From a virus: a stretch of DNA of 59,080 nt. This document shows, in pieces, positions 43,763 to 52,426 of this stretch (positions are counted from its first letter, which is position 1; each line of letters begins with the position of its first letter). Made by a program: the position numbers and the translations under genes. The stretch lies in IMG/VR virus record IMGVR_UViG_3300025011_000007, one strand, 5' to 3'. A model generated the notes under the pieces. That model had not been told where the DNA came from and did no database searches. It saw nothing but the letters and a program-made list of their open reading frames with translations.

Positions 43763-44275
43763 TTAAGTTACAAGTTGAAGCTTGCCTTGCATATTTTTTC
43801 TTTTGCCTTCCATAAAAAGCTTTGCTTCTCCTTCCACCTTTTTAATCATTAATTCAGTTCTTTTTGGAAGTCCAATAATCCCCTCTTTACAGTTAGCTTC
43901 AAATTCTAAATATGGAGTATTAAGACATAAAGCCTTATTACCTAAATCAGGAAATTTTTTAACTGCTGTTATAACGGCTCCTTGTCCAAGTGAAATTCCT
44001 CTTGTGTTCATATTTCCCGCATATTCGTCCGGAAGTTCTAACAAAAATAAAAGTTCAGGAGTTAAATCTTCAAGAGCATTTATAAAATCCGAATGCGGCA
44101 TATCTAAAGATTTAAAAACAGTTTCTTTTGTGTCTATGCCTGTTTCTCCAGACCATTCAATGTAATGGACCTCTGTTTCTTTTCCGTCATACTTGATTTT
44201 AGATATACGAATGTTCGTATCTGATGTTTGTTTTTCTGTTTCTTCTTTTTCATTTAAAATTGCTTGATTTTTCAA
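43763..44275 (-). CDS. Hypothetical protein
   Basis: 170-aa ORF. Confidence 0.55.
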   Translation of the reverse strand: MKNQAILNEKEETEKQTSDTNIRISKIKYDGKETEVHYIEWSGETGIDTKETVFKSLDMPHSDFINALEDLTPELLFLLELPDEYAGNMNTRGISLGQGAVITAVKKFPDLGNKALCLNTPYLEFEANCKEGIIGLPKRTELMIKKVEGEAKLFMEGKRKNMQGKLQLVT

Positions 44276-44289
44276 TTTTGTATCTCCTT

Positions 44290-44700
44290 TTAATTAATGT
44301 CATTAAGGCTAAAAACTATTCCTTTGCAGGAAACTTCATCGTCCTCTACGATGTCGAATGTTTCATGTGGGACAGGATTGTTAAATTTAAACATCCAACC
44401 GTTCGGCATTTCAGGGAACCCGCAATATTCTGAATGAATATAATTAGCGGATTCTATTAATTCTTGATAATAAGGGCAATCTTCGTCATCGCATTTATTT
44501 TCAATAAGTCCATTTTTGTTTAGATAAATACGATCTATCCCAAATTCTTCATCAATAGCACCTTTTAACTCTACTCCATCATCGGAGTAACCAAAAACAA
44601 CAACCAAATTGTTTTCTTTCGCCTGTTTAGCTTCTTCTTTGGTAATTTCAGAACCGTATTGCCTGCCATTTAATAATTTTGCTAATTCTTTTGAATGCAT
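44290..44700 (-). CDS. Hypothetical protein
   Basis: 136-aa ORF. Confidence 0.55.
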   Translation of the reverse strand: MHSKELAKLLNGRQYGSEITKEEAKQAKENNLVVVFGYSDDGVELKGAIDEEFGIDRIYLNKNGLIENKCDDEDCPYYQELIESANYIHSEYCGFPEMPNGWMFKFNNPVPHETFDIVEDDEVSCKGIVFSLNDIN

Positions 44701-44706
44701 AATGCT

Positions 44707-45072
44707 TTAAACCTCCTTTATTGTTACTTCTATACGAGCATTATCCTTATCTACAGAGAATTTATCTTCAAAACTTTCTACATTTTCCCAACCATCGTTT
44801 TCAATTACTCCTGCTTGCTGCATGCCGTCAAAAATATATTTTTTAGCTGAAGCAATATTGTCTTTATCACGTTTTTTGTTTGGCTCAATCCAATGAAAAA
44901 TTACATGAATTTTTTTATATTTTTTCTTGCAATATCTACGAAAATACATTTCACAAATAGTTGTCATTTCTTGTTTTAAAGCATTTCCTGCTTTATGATG
45001 TTTGTTTGTTTCGTGTATTAGCTCGTTAAGCCCTACTAAACGTCCTTGAATTGTTATTATTTCGCTCTTCAT
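44707..45072 (-). CDS. rusA: RusA-like Holliday junction resolvase
   Basis: GLNELI...PNKKRDKDNIASAKKYIFDGMQQAGVIENDGW matches the RusA 'D.DN..K...D.l...gv..DD' pattern. Confidence 0.65.
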   Translation of the reverse strand: MKSEIITIQGRLVGLNELIHETNKHHKAGNALKQEMTTICEMYFRRYCKKKYKKIHVIFHWIEPNKKRDKDNIASAKKYIFDGMQQAGVIENDGWENVESFEDKFSVDKDNARIEVTIKEV

Positions 45073-45411
45073 CTATAACAACTCCCAAGCTCTTTGTAAT
45101 TTTTCAACATCTTCTTTCTTTGCCATTTTTGGGGCATTATTTGCTGTATAATCTATATTTTCAGTGCTTATGTTTTTTTCAACTAAAATATCGATAGCTT
45201 CTTTAACAACAACTATCGCAGTACTAGTAGAACAGTTTTTATCTATTGACTGTACAAGAGCATCTCTACAGTCTGTCATGACTACCAACTCGCCTCTTTT
45301 CAAGGAAAGTTCTGCTCGTAATTTCATGTTTCTAATAAAAAGAGCTATAAACGCATAAAGACAAAATGCTTCTATTGCTATAATTGCGTGCCACATATTT
45401 TCATATCCCAT
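45073..45411 (-). CDS. Small membrane-anchored hypothetical protein
   Basis: N-terminal TM segment WHAIIAIEAFCLYAFIALFI. Confidence 0.5.
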   Translation of the reverse strand: MGYENMWHAIIAIEAFCLYAFIALFIRNMKLRAELSLKRGELVVMTDCRDALVQSIDKNCSTSTAIVVVKEAIDILVEKNISTENIDYTANNAPKMAKKEDVEKLQRAWELL

Positions 45412-45437
45412 ATCTAAAATTTACTAACCGTTTTTGT

Positions 45438-46088
45438 TTAATATCTGTAATTAGCCTCGTTTAAAGCTAAATTTGCATTATATAAGTTCAAACAAGCTTC
45501 AAATCTATTTTCGTGAAGTTCAATATCTTGAACCTGAATAACTTCAAAATCTTCCTCCTCTTTGCTTCTACCAATACGAATTATTTTGTAATCATCAACC
45601 TCATATTCGTTATGTCTTAATAGCATTGCACCTGCTACAACCTGCGTATGAGCTTCTAAAAAACACTTTTTTGATGTTTTGATATCAATAATTGTCTTTT
45701 TTCCGTTAAGCTCACAATAAAGGTCGAGAGTGCCGCAAAACCAATCAGAAGTTAATCTTATTTCTGATTCAATTATTTTAAAATCTTGTGTTTTAACCCA
45801 ATTGAAGAAATGTTGGGCTTTATTCTTGCAATAAGCAATTTGTTGAGGTGTATAAATATTTTTCAAATATTCAAAGTCAATTTTGCCTATTTTTAAGAAT
45901 TGCTCTATCATTTTATGAATAAGTTTTCCTGCTTCGGCTTCTTTACTACGGTATTCAGAATATTTATGACCTTCTAAGCCGATTTGGTTAGCCCAATAAA
46001 CAAGACTGGGCTTTGACATTACATCGATAATTGTTGTGATACCGGGAACTTTTTTATATTCTGTTTTTGCCGTATTTGCTGTTGTCAT
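45438..46088 (-). CDS. PD-(D/E)XK-family nuclease (phage exonuclease/Cas4-like fold)
   Basis: GKLIHKMIEQFL...CGTLDLYCELNGKKTIIDIKTSKK...HTQVVAGAMLL (D...D-x-K core). Confidence 0.65.
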   Translation of the reverse strand: MTTANTAKTEYKKVPGITTIIDVMSKPSLVYWANQIGLEGHKYSEYRSKEAEAGKLIHKMIEQFLKIGKIDFEYLKNIYTPQQIAYCKNKAQHFFNWVKTQDFKIIESEIRLTSDWFCGTLDLYCELNGKKTIIDIKTSKKCFLEAHTQVVAGAMLLRHNEYEVDDYKIIRIGRSKEEEDFEVIQVQDIELHENRFEACLNLYNANLALNEANYRY

Positions 46089-46102
46089 TTTGAATGCCTT
46101 TT

Positions 46103-46291
46103 TTAACTATTTTTAAATTCTTCAATTGATTGACTAACTTCTCTTTTAAAAACCTGAAAAGAGTCTTCGCAGTAAGCTATGGTTTGATCGTTTGCAGTTC
46201 GATATTGGTTTTCAGCAATCATTCCTGCTAAATCAATTTGAAATTCAAGCATTTTTGCTTTAAACAACTCGAGTTTTATTTGTTTTTCCAT
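46103..46291 (-). CDS. Hypothetical protein
   Basis: 62-aa ORF. Confidence 0.45.
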   Translation of the reverse strand: MEKQIKLELFKAKMLEFQIDLAGMIAENQYRTANDQTIAYCEDSFQVFKREVSQSIEEFKNS

Positions 46292-46302
46292 AATGCCGTT
46301 CC

Positions 46303-46926
46303 TTATTTTTTAAAAAGTTCTAAATTGCTTGTCCATCCTGTTATTTTTTCGTTTTCGATTAAAACAAAATCTAAAACTCTATCCTTGTGTTTTAACAAAG
46401 ATTTTTCTTCGTATTCCTCAGTTTCTTCAATATAAACATCAAAAATGCACTGAACACCGTCATCTACGCTTGTATTCTTAAATACAAAATACGGATATTT
46501 TTCTGCATCTATATTTTTTATAATCTGTGCAATTTCTTTGAATCTATTGAAAATATGTTGTTCATATTCCCCTTTGCTATAAGCAGGACTTGATAAAAAC
46601 AATAATATTGATTTATGAATAAAATCTTTATCTTTGCTGAAAAATGCTTGTTGATTGCATAATTCCCATACAACCCTATCTGGTTCACTATCTGAATTAT
46701 TCAGAATTTCATTTAGTCTGCCAAAAAGAGTAGTATCAAACATGGATTCACTTAAAAAATTTCTTGTTTCTTCCTGTTTTAAGGGAAAACTTTGTCGTCT
46801 TTCCGGTTGATATTTATTTAATAAAATATTCCAAACAATTGGACTAAAAAGCCAAGAATTTTGAAATTCATATAATTCATGACCTTTGAGGTCTATATCT
46901 ATTAAAAATAAACTGCTATAACTCAC
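46303..46926 (-). CDS. Hypothetical 207-aa protein, GTG start, downstream of the structured element
   Basis: SD aaggaga lies 6 nt before the GTG at 46926. No family recognised. Confidence 0.55.
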   Translation of the reverse strand: MSYSSLFLIDIDLKGHELYEFQNSWLFSPIVWNILLNKYQPERRQSFPLKQEETRNFLSESMFDTTLFGRLNEILNNSDSEPDRVVWELCNQQAFFSKDKDFIHKSILLFLSSPAYSKGEYEQHIFNRFKEIAQIIKNIDAEKYPYFVFKNTSVDDGVQCIFDVYIEETEEYEEKSLLKHKDRVLDFVLIENEKITGWTSNLELFKK

Positions 46927-47192
46927 TTATTTCTCCTTATTTTTAACTCATTCCCCCAAGGGGATCCGGTTTTTATCTCTTAAAAAATGGATAACCGGCA
47001 ACCGTTTTTGTTGATATATCTGGGAGCTAACTATCAACTCAGGACTGCTTTTCATATAGCGTAAATGTCCCCTTGCTCTATCGGGCATTTCCCTTATGTC
47101 CGCCTCTCTTGTTTAAGCTGCCTGAGAGGTTTATTAAGCAGCATTGCCCATTGCCATAATGGCAAGCATATAGCTTGCCTGCTCGGCGGGGG
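46927..47192 (-). other. 266-nt GC-enriched, hairpin-dense non-coding element (candidate structured RNA leader or DNA site such as an origin)
   Basis: No ORF of 60 aa or more. Stems: 47161-47167/47173-47179, 47151-47156/47160-47165, 47010-47016/47032-47038 and 46966-46971/46993-46998. Interleaved stems 47103-47108/47124-47129 and 47117-47121/47138-47142 are pseudoknot-capable. Confidence 0.45.
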
Positions 47193-48146
47193 TTAGCTTG
47201 CCATTAAGTCGTAATAAGTATTTAGACTTACCTGATTGTTATTTTCTTTAAGCAGCTTTAAGAAAGCTTCTTTACCAATTTTCTTTTCAAGTGCTTCAAG
47301 TTCTATTTCGCTTGCAAATTCACTTTCAGGATCTGAAAGTTGAGATGAATCAGCTAAAAAAGGGTCGTCGTTTGTTTCAGGGATTGGAGTGCTTTTTGCT
47401 GCTCTTGGTTTTATATCGATGATTTTCTCGTCTGTTTTATCAAAATCAATATCACTGCCCTCAATATAAGCTTTTTGCTGCTCTTGGTTATCAAAATCAA
47501 TCTCAATGTTTTTACAGAGCCTTCTTTGTACAGTTTTTTTGTACATTTCCCCTGTTGTATTAACCCAAGCTTTGCTATTTTTAGCCTTTGAAAAATTTTC
47601 TCTAATGCCTTCAATTTCCTCTTTACCCATAGATTCATAAGCTAATGAACCGTCCATATAAAGTACAACAGCAAAAGCTCCCTTTATAGGTGCATTATTA
47701 AAAGGAATTGGAGTAAAATTAATTGTTTGCACTCCATCAATAACTTTTTCCTCGAAAAAATCGCCTTCCCTGACCAATTTTGGATAAATGTCTTTTATCG
47801 GGGTTATACTATATTTTTTAGCGATTTTTTTATCACCTTTATAATCAGTCTGAAACTGTAATTCATTTCCATAAGGGATGGCATAACATTCTCTTCTGAA
47901 GAAATCTAAGCCTAAAAAAGCCCCTTTGAGCATAGTTCTTGCAACGCTAAGAGGTTGCATATTTTCAATACCTTTGGTATCATTTAAAACAGTCATACAG
48001 TTTTGCAAGAAACGTGTTTGATTGAAATCTTTCGGTAGAGCTGCCGCTTTTTCGTCAAGTAAAGTATTTAAATTGCTATGAATTTTTTCTAATGGTGTCA
48101 TAGGTCTTTGTTGTTGTTTTGTTAAGGTATTTTGTACTAACATCAA
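47193..48146 (-). CDS. recT: RecT-family single-strand annealing recombinase
   Basis: FLGLDFFRRECYAIPYGNELQFQTDYKG...REGDFF...IKGAFAVVLYMDGS...W...GEMYKKTVQRRLCK matches the RecT pattern. Confidence 0.85.
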   Translation of the reverse strand: MMLVQNTLTKQQQRPMTPLEKIHSNLNTLLDEKAAALPKDFNQTRFLQNCMTVLNDTKGIENMQPLSVARTMLKGAFLGLDFFRRECYAIPYGNELQFQTDYKGDKKIAKKYSITPIKDIYPKLVREGDFFEEKVIDGVQTINFTPIPFNNAPIKGAFAVVLYMDGSLAYESMGKEEIEGIRENFSKAKNSKAWVNTTGEMYKKTVQRRLCKNIEIDFDNQEQQKAYIEGSDIDFDKTDEKIIDIKPRAAKSTPIPETNDDPFLADSSQLSDPESEFASEIELEALEKKIGKEAFLKLLKENNNQVSLNTYYDLMAS

Positions 48147-48154
48147 TTTTCTCC

Positions 48155-48526
48155 TTATTTTTTAATGTATTTATCTACTAACTCATAATGTTTTTTAGTT
48201 GCTTCTGCTGAATCGTCGCATCTGTAGCCATCTATAGAACTCCAGTTTTTGACTTCTCCGTTTTTATCCTCTCTAAAAACCATTGTTTCTATAAGAGATT
48301 CGCTGTTTATCTTCTCAAAAGGGTTTGCTTTATCATTGCCCGAATATGTTCTCATCATTCCAACCGTGCTAATCCTGAACCGTTTGCCTTTTCGGGAAAG
48401 AATGTGGTGATGAAGCCTAAGCAAGCATTTTTCATGACAGATAAAATGACCTGCAAAACAGTCTGCTCGATGAGTACCATTTTCTGTAGGATATATTGTT
48501 TCAAACTGTTCTTGGGTTAATGACAA
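48155..48526 (-). CDS. Hypothetical protein
   Basis: 123-aa ORF. Confidence 0.55.
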   Translation of the reverse strand: MSLTQEQFETIYPTENGTHRADCFAGHFICHEKCLLRLHHHILSRKGKRFRISTVGMMRTYSGNDKANPFEKINSESLIETMVFREDKNGEVKNWSSIDGYRCDDSAEATKKHYELVDKYIKK

Positions 48527-48527
48527 G

Positions 48528-48743
48528 TTATTCTCCTTCTAAATTTCTAATTTCACCGTATTTAGAGATTCTTTCGCCTTCAAGTTCGTGTATTTTAATC
48601 AAGGCTCTTTCTTTATAACCTTCGGCTTCTTTTATATTATTGATAATTCTGACTACAGCACATGCGGTTTCGTTTATTTTGTTGTTTAAACAATCTATAT
48701 CAGCCTGTAATAGTTTTCTTTTTGACTCGGTTATTGAATCCAT
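48528..48743 (-). CDS. Small coiled-coil protein
   Basis: 71-aa ORF. Confidence 0.5.
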   Translation of the reverse strand: MDSITESKRKLLQADIDCLNNKINETACAVVRIINNIKEAEGYKERALIKIHELEGERISKYGEIRNLEGE

Positions 48744-49616
48744 CTACTTAACGCTCCCAAATTTTATGCCATTATTAAGCAGAAATTGTTTTAAGTCGTC
48801 GAATTGTTCCTGTGTACCTTCAACCCAAAATTTAACTATTCTGGTTTCAGGTTTTTCAAGAATTGCAACTGGTGATTGTTCCGGCATTGGTTGAACTGGT
48901 AAAATTTCCTTACTTGTTGGCTGAACTGCCTGAGCTAAAACCGTTGAAATTGTTTGCTGCTTTGCCTGTGCTTCCTGTATTGCTTTTTCTTCTAAAGATG
49001 CTTTTCTTTCTTCAAGCCTTGTTTTTTCTCTTAAAGCAGAAGAAATATCAAAAGTTTTTAAATATGTATCTTTGATATTTAATTCAAATTCACTTTTTAA
49101 ATCGTTTATAGTAGCCAAATCGAATTGAACTTTAGCAAGAAATTCGCTTATTTCAGTTTCGATATTTTTCATAGAAACAGTTACGTTAAGCCATTTCTGG
49201 TTAAAAATCTTCTCAAGAGGTACTAAATTTGCTAAATCGCCAACATTATTCAGGTAAAAACTTGTTATTTCTTCACGTTTTTCAGTCTGTTTTTTTGTTT
49301 CGTAAGCTTTTACCTGTGTGTCAATCTCTAAAGCGACATTATCAACAAGGCATACAAGCTCTTTCATCTGTGCTTCAAATTGCTCAACAGGTTTTAAACA
49401 CACTGCTTTAACTTTTTTACGTTCGGAATCAAAAGCAGCTTTTACTTTGTTAAGGGTTGCTCTGTCTTTTTTAGCTTCTTGTATTGCATCATCTGTATAT
49501 TTCAACCCTTTGAATTTTTCGGTACTTTCCTGAAGCCAAGTTTTTATTTCTTCAAAATTAAAAGCGATGGGCTTATATTCTTGCTCTTGTAATGCCGGCA
49601 AATATTTGATTTCCAT
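48744..49616 (-). CDS. DUF1351-family protein (start taken at MEIKYLP, 49616)
   Basis: MEIKYLPALQEQEYKPIAFNFEEIKTWLQESTEKFKGLKYTDDAIQEAKKDRATLNK is the typical DUF1351 N-terminus. SD aaaggag. The family often neighbours recT. Confidence 0.7.
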   Translation of the reverse strand: MEIKYLPALQEQEYKPIAFNFEEIKTWLQESTEKFKGLKYTDDAIQEAKKDRATLNKVKAAFDSERKKVKAVCLKPVEQFEAQMKELVCLVDNVALEIDTQVKAYETKKQTEKREEITSFYLNNVGDLANLVPLEKIFNQKWLNVTVSMKNIETEISEFLAKVQFDLATINDLKSEFELNIKDTYLKTFDISSALREKTRLEERKASLEEKAIQEAQAKQQTISTVLAQAVQPTSKEILPVQPMPEQSPVAILEKPETRIVKFWVEGTQEQFDDLKQFLLNNGIKFGSVK

Positions 49617-49639
49617 TTGTACTTTTGCTCCTTTTTTGT

Positions 49640-49882
49640 TTACCCCAAAATAGGGTGTCTGCATTCGTATTTGTTTTTTAATAAATTTATTGTTTCGGTA
49701 TCGTTGAAATATCCTGAGCAATAACCAATATTTGAATTTACTATTCTTGTCGCTTCCTCACTGCTTTTGCCTGTATCTTTAATCACTTCGTTTATATATG
49801 CCTTTTTAGCCATTTTGTGATGATTAGATTTAGCGGCTCTAACAAGAAAATCAATCATTTCGCCCATATTTTTCTTTTTCAT
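49640..49882 (-). CDS. Hypothetical protein
   Basis: 80-aa ORF between the exonuclease and DUF1351 genes. Confidence 0.5.
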   Translation of the reverse strand: MKKKNMGEMIDFLVRAAKSNHHKMAKKAYINEVIKDTGKSSEEATRIVNSNIGYCSGYFNDTETINLLKNKYECRHPILG

Positions 49883-49893
49883 TTGTTTTGTCC

Positions 49894-50529
49894 TTATATT
49901 GATGGAAGCTTAAGAGGTGGCATTTGGTCGTTTTTCACATATTCCCAGAACTTAATTTCTTCGTTTTCAACAAGTTCTATGTCTAATAGTCTTTCTGAGC
50001 GTTCAAAATGGTAAACGTCTTCCCATATTTTCTTTTTTCCATCTCGTTTAGAGATAAACCTTGCGTTTAATATTGCAAATTCATATCCTGTAGCTAAAAG
50101 CCCCTGTATTACTTGTATGTAATAATGTTGTGGCACTTGGTTATCCCATTTTTGTCTTTGAACAGATGAATCTAAATGAACTGTTTTTGATTCATAAACT
50201 CCTTTTCTGCCTGTTGATTTTTCGGTAAGTTCCCCATCAAGCGAAGAAAAGATAAAATTGTGTTTTGGATGTGTTCTTAGGTCAAATGGTTTATGTATTA
50301 GCTCATATTCAGGATAGTCAAGCTTAAAAAGCTCTATAATATGAATTTCTGCTTTATTACCATAGTCAACACGTGGGTTTTCGGAAATATCTTTCTGCTT
50401 TTTTCTACCTGTTTTTATTTCCCAAAGGTCAACATTAGTCATGTATGGGCTGTAACCTAATATAGCTGCAACATCTGATCCGCCTATGCCTTTATTTCTT
50501 TTTTTTAGCCATTCTTCTCTGGTTGTCAT
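49894..50529 (-). CDS. YqaJ-like viral recombinase-associated exonuclease
   Basis: REEWLKKRNKGIGGSDVAAILGYSPYMT... is the typical YqaJ N-terminus. Paired with recT. Confidence 0.8.
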   Translation of the reverse strand: MTTREEWLKKRNKGIGGSDVAAILGYSPYMTNVDLWEIKTGRKKQKDISENPRVDYGNKAEIHIIELFKLDYPEYELIHKPFDLRTHPKHNFIFSSLDGELTEKSTGRKGVYESKTVHLDSSVQRQKWDNQVPQHYYIQVIQGLLATGYEFAILNARFISKRDGKKKIWEDVYHFERSERLLDIELVENEEIKFWEYVKNDQMPPLKLPSI

Positions 50530-50583
50530 TGTTTTTCCTTCATAACTTTTAAGGGGGATGGGAATACAGTATGTTGGTAGGGA

Positions 50584-50733
50584 TTACTGCATTCCCTGTT
50601 CACTTTTAACTTTATTTAGCAAAACAGTTATGTTTAATGCTATTAAATCTAATTGACCTTCGTTATAGTTATCTTTGTTTTGTTTTAGTGCTTTATGCGC
50701 TAATGTTGACATTTCTTCCAATATTGTTTTCAT
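50584..50733 (-). CDS. 49-aa small protein
   Basis: MKTILEEMSTLAHKALKQNKDNYNEGQLDLIALNITVLLNKVKSEQGMQ. SD gagaggt. Below the track cutoff. Confidence 0.35.
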   Translation of the reverse strand: MKTILEEMSTLAHKALKQNKDNYNEGQLDLIALNITVLLNKVKSEQGMQ

Positions 50734-50744
50734 TTTTACCTCTC

Positions 50745-51008
50745 TTAAAACGGTATTTCGTCTTCTAACCTTGCTTTTGACTTAAAAATATCTTTAATTA
50801 GCTTGAATCTATAAGTAAAAAAGAGTTCTATTTTCCATAATTTCAGTTTAATTTTTTGCTTTAAGGTTTTATTAGTGTAATAACGCTTTGTTGTGAATGT
50901 TTCGTTTAATCCAGTATCTATATTGTCGGAATAATCTTGATGCTCTGCTTCCCAAAATGCTTCATATCCACTGCGTTCGGCATCTGCCTCTAACCAATCA
51001 TCAAACAT
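50745..51008 (-). CDS. Hypothetical protein
   Basis: 87-aa ORF. Confidence 0.5.
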   Translation of the reverse strand: MFDDWLEADAERSGYEAFWEAEHQDYSDNIDTGLNETFTTKRYYTNKTLKQKIKLKLWKIELFFTYRFKLIKDIFKSKARLEDEIPF

Positions 51009-51271
51009 TAAGACACCTCAAGATATTCTCTTTGTTCGCAATCAATAGAGCACAACTTGTTTGAAAATGAGCCTGTTCTCTCATACAATTCACCGCATGA
51101 ATAACATTCATAGAGTTCATATTCTTCAAGAATCCTTCTTTTTGTGTCTTTTAGCGTATTAACGGCAATGGCTATTTTGTATTGAGGAATTCCGCATTTA
51201 GTCCAACTGCCGGAAATTGATATAATCTGTTTGTTGATGATTTCTATAGTTTTTGCTACATCTTGGTACAT
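51008..51271 (-). CDS. Hypothetical Cys-containing protein (start taken at MYQDV, 51271)
   Basis: SD ggagaa lies before the ATG at 51271. The longer track ORF would overlap the RHH gene 51315..51473. Confidence 0.5.
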   Translation of the reverse strand: MYQDVAKTIEIINKQIISISGSWTKCGIPQYKIAIAVNTLKDTKRRILEEYELYECYSCGELYERTGSFSNKLCSIDCEQREYLEVS

Positions 51272-51314
51272 AATTTTCTCCGTATTTGTTATACAAATAG
51301 ATGATTCTACTGTT

Positions 51315-51473
51315 TTACTTTGTGATGTATAATTGTTTATCAGGTACGAAACCTTTAGAAATATAATCGAGCAATAACTCTGTAAGATTGTTAAAACCTT
51401 TCTTGGCGGCAATAATACGAAGTTCTTGTTTATTTATATTTTCTGGAAGCCTTAAACCTACTTGTTGATTCAT
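51315..51473 (-). CDS. 52-aa RHH (CopG/Arc-like) protein, Cro-like first gene of the early leftward operon
   Basis: MNQQVGLRLPENINKQELRIIAAKKGFNNLTELLLDYISKGFVPDKQLYITK. Divergent from the plus-strand RHH/XRE pair. Below the track cutoff. Confidence 0.5.
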   Translation of the reverse strand: MNQQVGLRLPENINKQELRIIAAKKGFNNLTELLLDYISKGFVPDKQLYITK

Positions 51474-51500
51474 TTTGTATCCTTTCGTTTATCTGTTATA

Positions 51501-51533
51501 CAGTTTAACATATTTAGTTATTATGTTCAACTG
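51501..51533. promoter_or_regulatory. Operator-like inverted repeat in the divergent switch region
   Basis: cagtttaacat (51501-51511) / atgttcaactg (51523-51533), 10/11 complementary with an 11-nt spacer. Additional actgtt repeats lie nearby. Confidence 0.45.
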
Positions 51534-51567
51534 TTTTACTGTTTATTATTACGAGGTTTTAACATTT

Positions 51568-51762
51568 ATGTCTAAAAAATCTACCAGTATGGGTTTTAGA
51601 TGCAGTGAAGATTTAAAACGTATACTAGAAATCATTTCAGCACTTGAAGGTATCAATACTACTGAATTTATTGTTGATTGTCTTAATTCCAAGGTTAAAA
51701 ATTATTTAAAGGAAAATCCTGATGTTATTGAGATTCTTAATAAAAAAGGAGTTAAAGTTTAA
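51568..51762 (+). CDS. 64-aa RHH-type DNA-binding protein (start at the ATG at 51568)
   Basis: STSMGFRCSEDLKRILEIISALEGINTTEFIVDCLNSKVKNYL has a strand-helix-helix pattern. Confidence 0.55.
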   Translation: MSKKSTSMGFRCSEDLKRILEIISALEGINTTEFIVDCLNSKVKNYLKENPDVIEILNKKGVKV

Positions 51763-51770
51763 ATTCTAAA

Positions 51771-52067
51771 ATGCAAAGATTATCGCTAAAATTAAAAACT
51801 ATTCGTAAAACACTCGGCATGACAGCCACTGCTTTTGCTGAAAAATTAGATTTACAACAAAGAACTTATGCCAGTTACGAAACAGGGCAATCAATGCCAC
51901 CAATTATAGTTTTATCACTTATCGTGGAAAAATTTAATGTTAATCCTTCATTTCTTTTAACTGGAAAGGGCGAACCTTTTTTAACTGAATCTGCTGATAT
52001 TCTCGAAGGGATTATGAAAGTTAAAGTTCCTAAAGGAACAAAGCTTTTAATTGAATACGAAGAGTAG
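51771..52067 (+). CDS. XRE-family HTH repressor-like protein
   Basis: LKTIRKTLGMTATAFAEKLDLQQRTYASYETGQSMPPIIVLSLIVEKFNVNPSFLLTGKG. Confidence 0.75.
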   Translation: MQRLSLKLKTIRKTLGMTATAFAEKLDLQQRTYASYETGQSMPPIIVLSLIVEKFNVNPSFLLTGKGEPFLTESADILEGIMKVKVPKGTKLLIEYEE

Positions 52068-52073
52068 ACTATA

Positions 52074-52116
52074 GACACCTCGCACCTCATAACCACGAGA
52101 TGTCATAAAATTTTTT
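52074..52116. terminator. Hairpin plus T-run between convergent genes
   Basis: gacacctcg (52074-52082) / cacgagatgtc (52094-52104, one mismatch), then tttttt at 52111-52116. Confidence 0.4.
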
Positions 52117-52157
52117 GCATATATTTAATTTTCAAGGTGCATCGAGTCTAGTGAAAT

Positions 52158-52289
52158 TTAAAACCCGCCGATATAAACTGGGGTCACGTTTTGCATAGCT
52201 CCTGCGCTACAAAGTAAAGCGATTAAAGAAATTACAAGAATTTCTAAAACAAATTTTTTGAATCTAAACATTGCCCAGTGATGTTTCAT
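52158..52289 (-). CDS. 43-aa hydrophobic small peptide
   Basis: MKHHWAMFRFKKFVLEILVISLIALLCSAGAMQNVTPVYIGGF. SD aaggaa. Below the track cutoff. Confidence 0.4.
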   Translation of the reverse strand: MKHHWAMFRFKKFVLEILVISLIALLCSAGAMQNVTPVYIGGF

Positions 52290-52426
52290 TTTATATTTTC
52301 CTTCTGATTGTTCTAAGAAAAGCCGTTTCCGGCGAGGTGAAAAGTTGTTTTAGGAGTTTTGGTTCAGATTCCTACGAAGAATCTATGCGAGGCTATTTAT
52401 AAGCCCCGATTAGATTGTTCAGGCTA

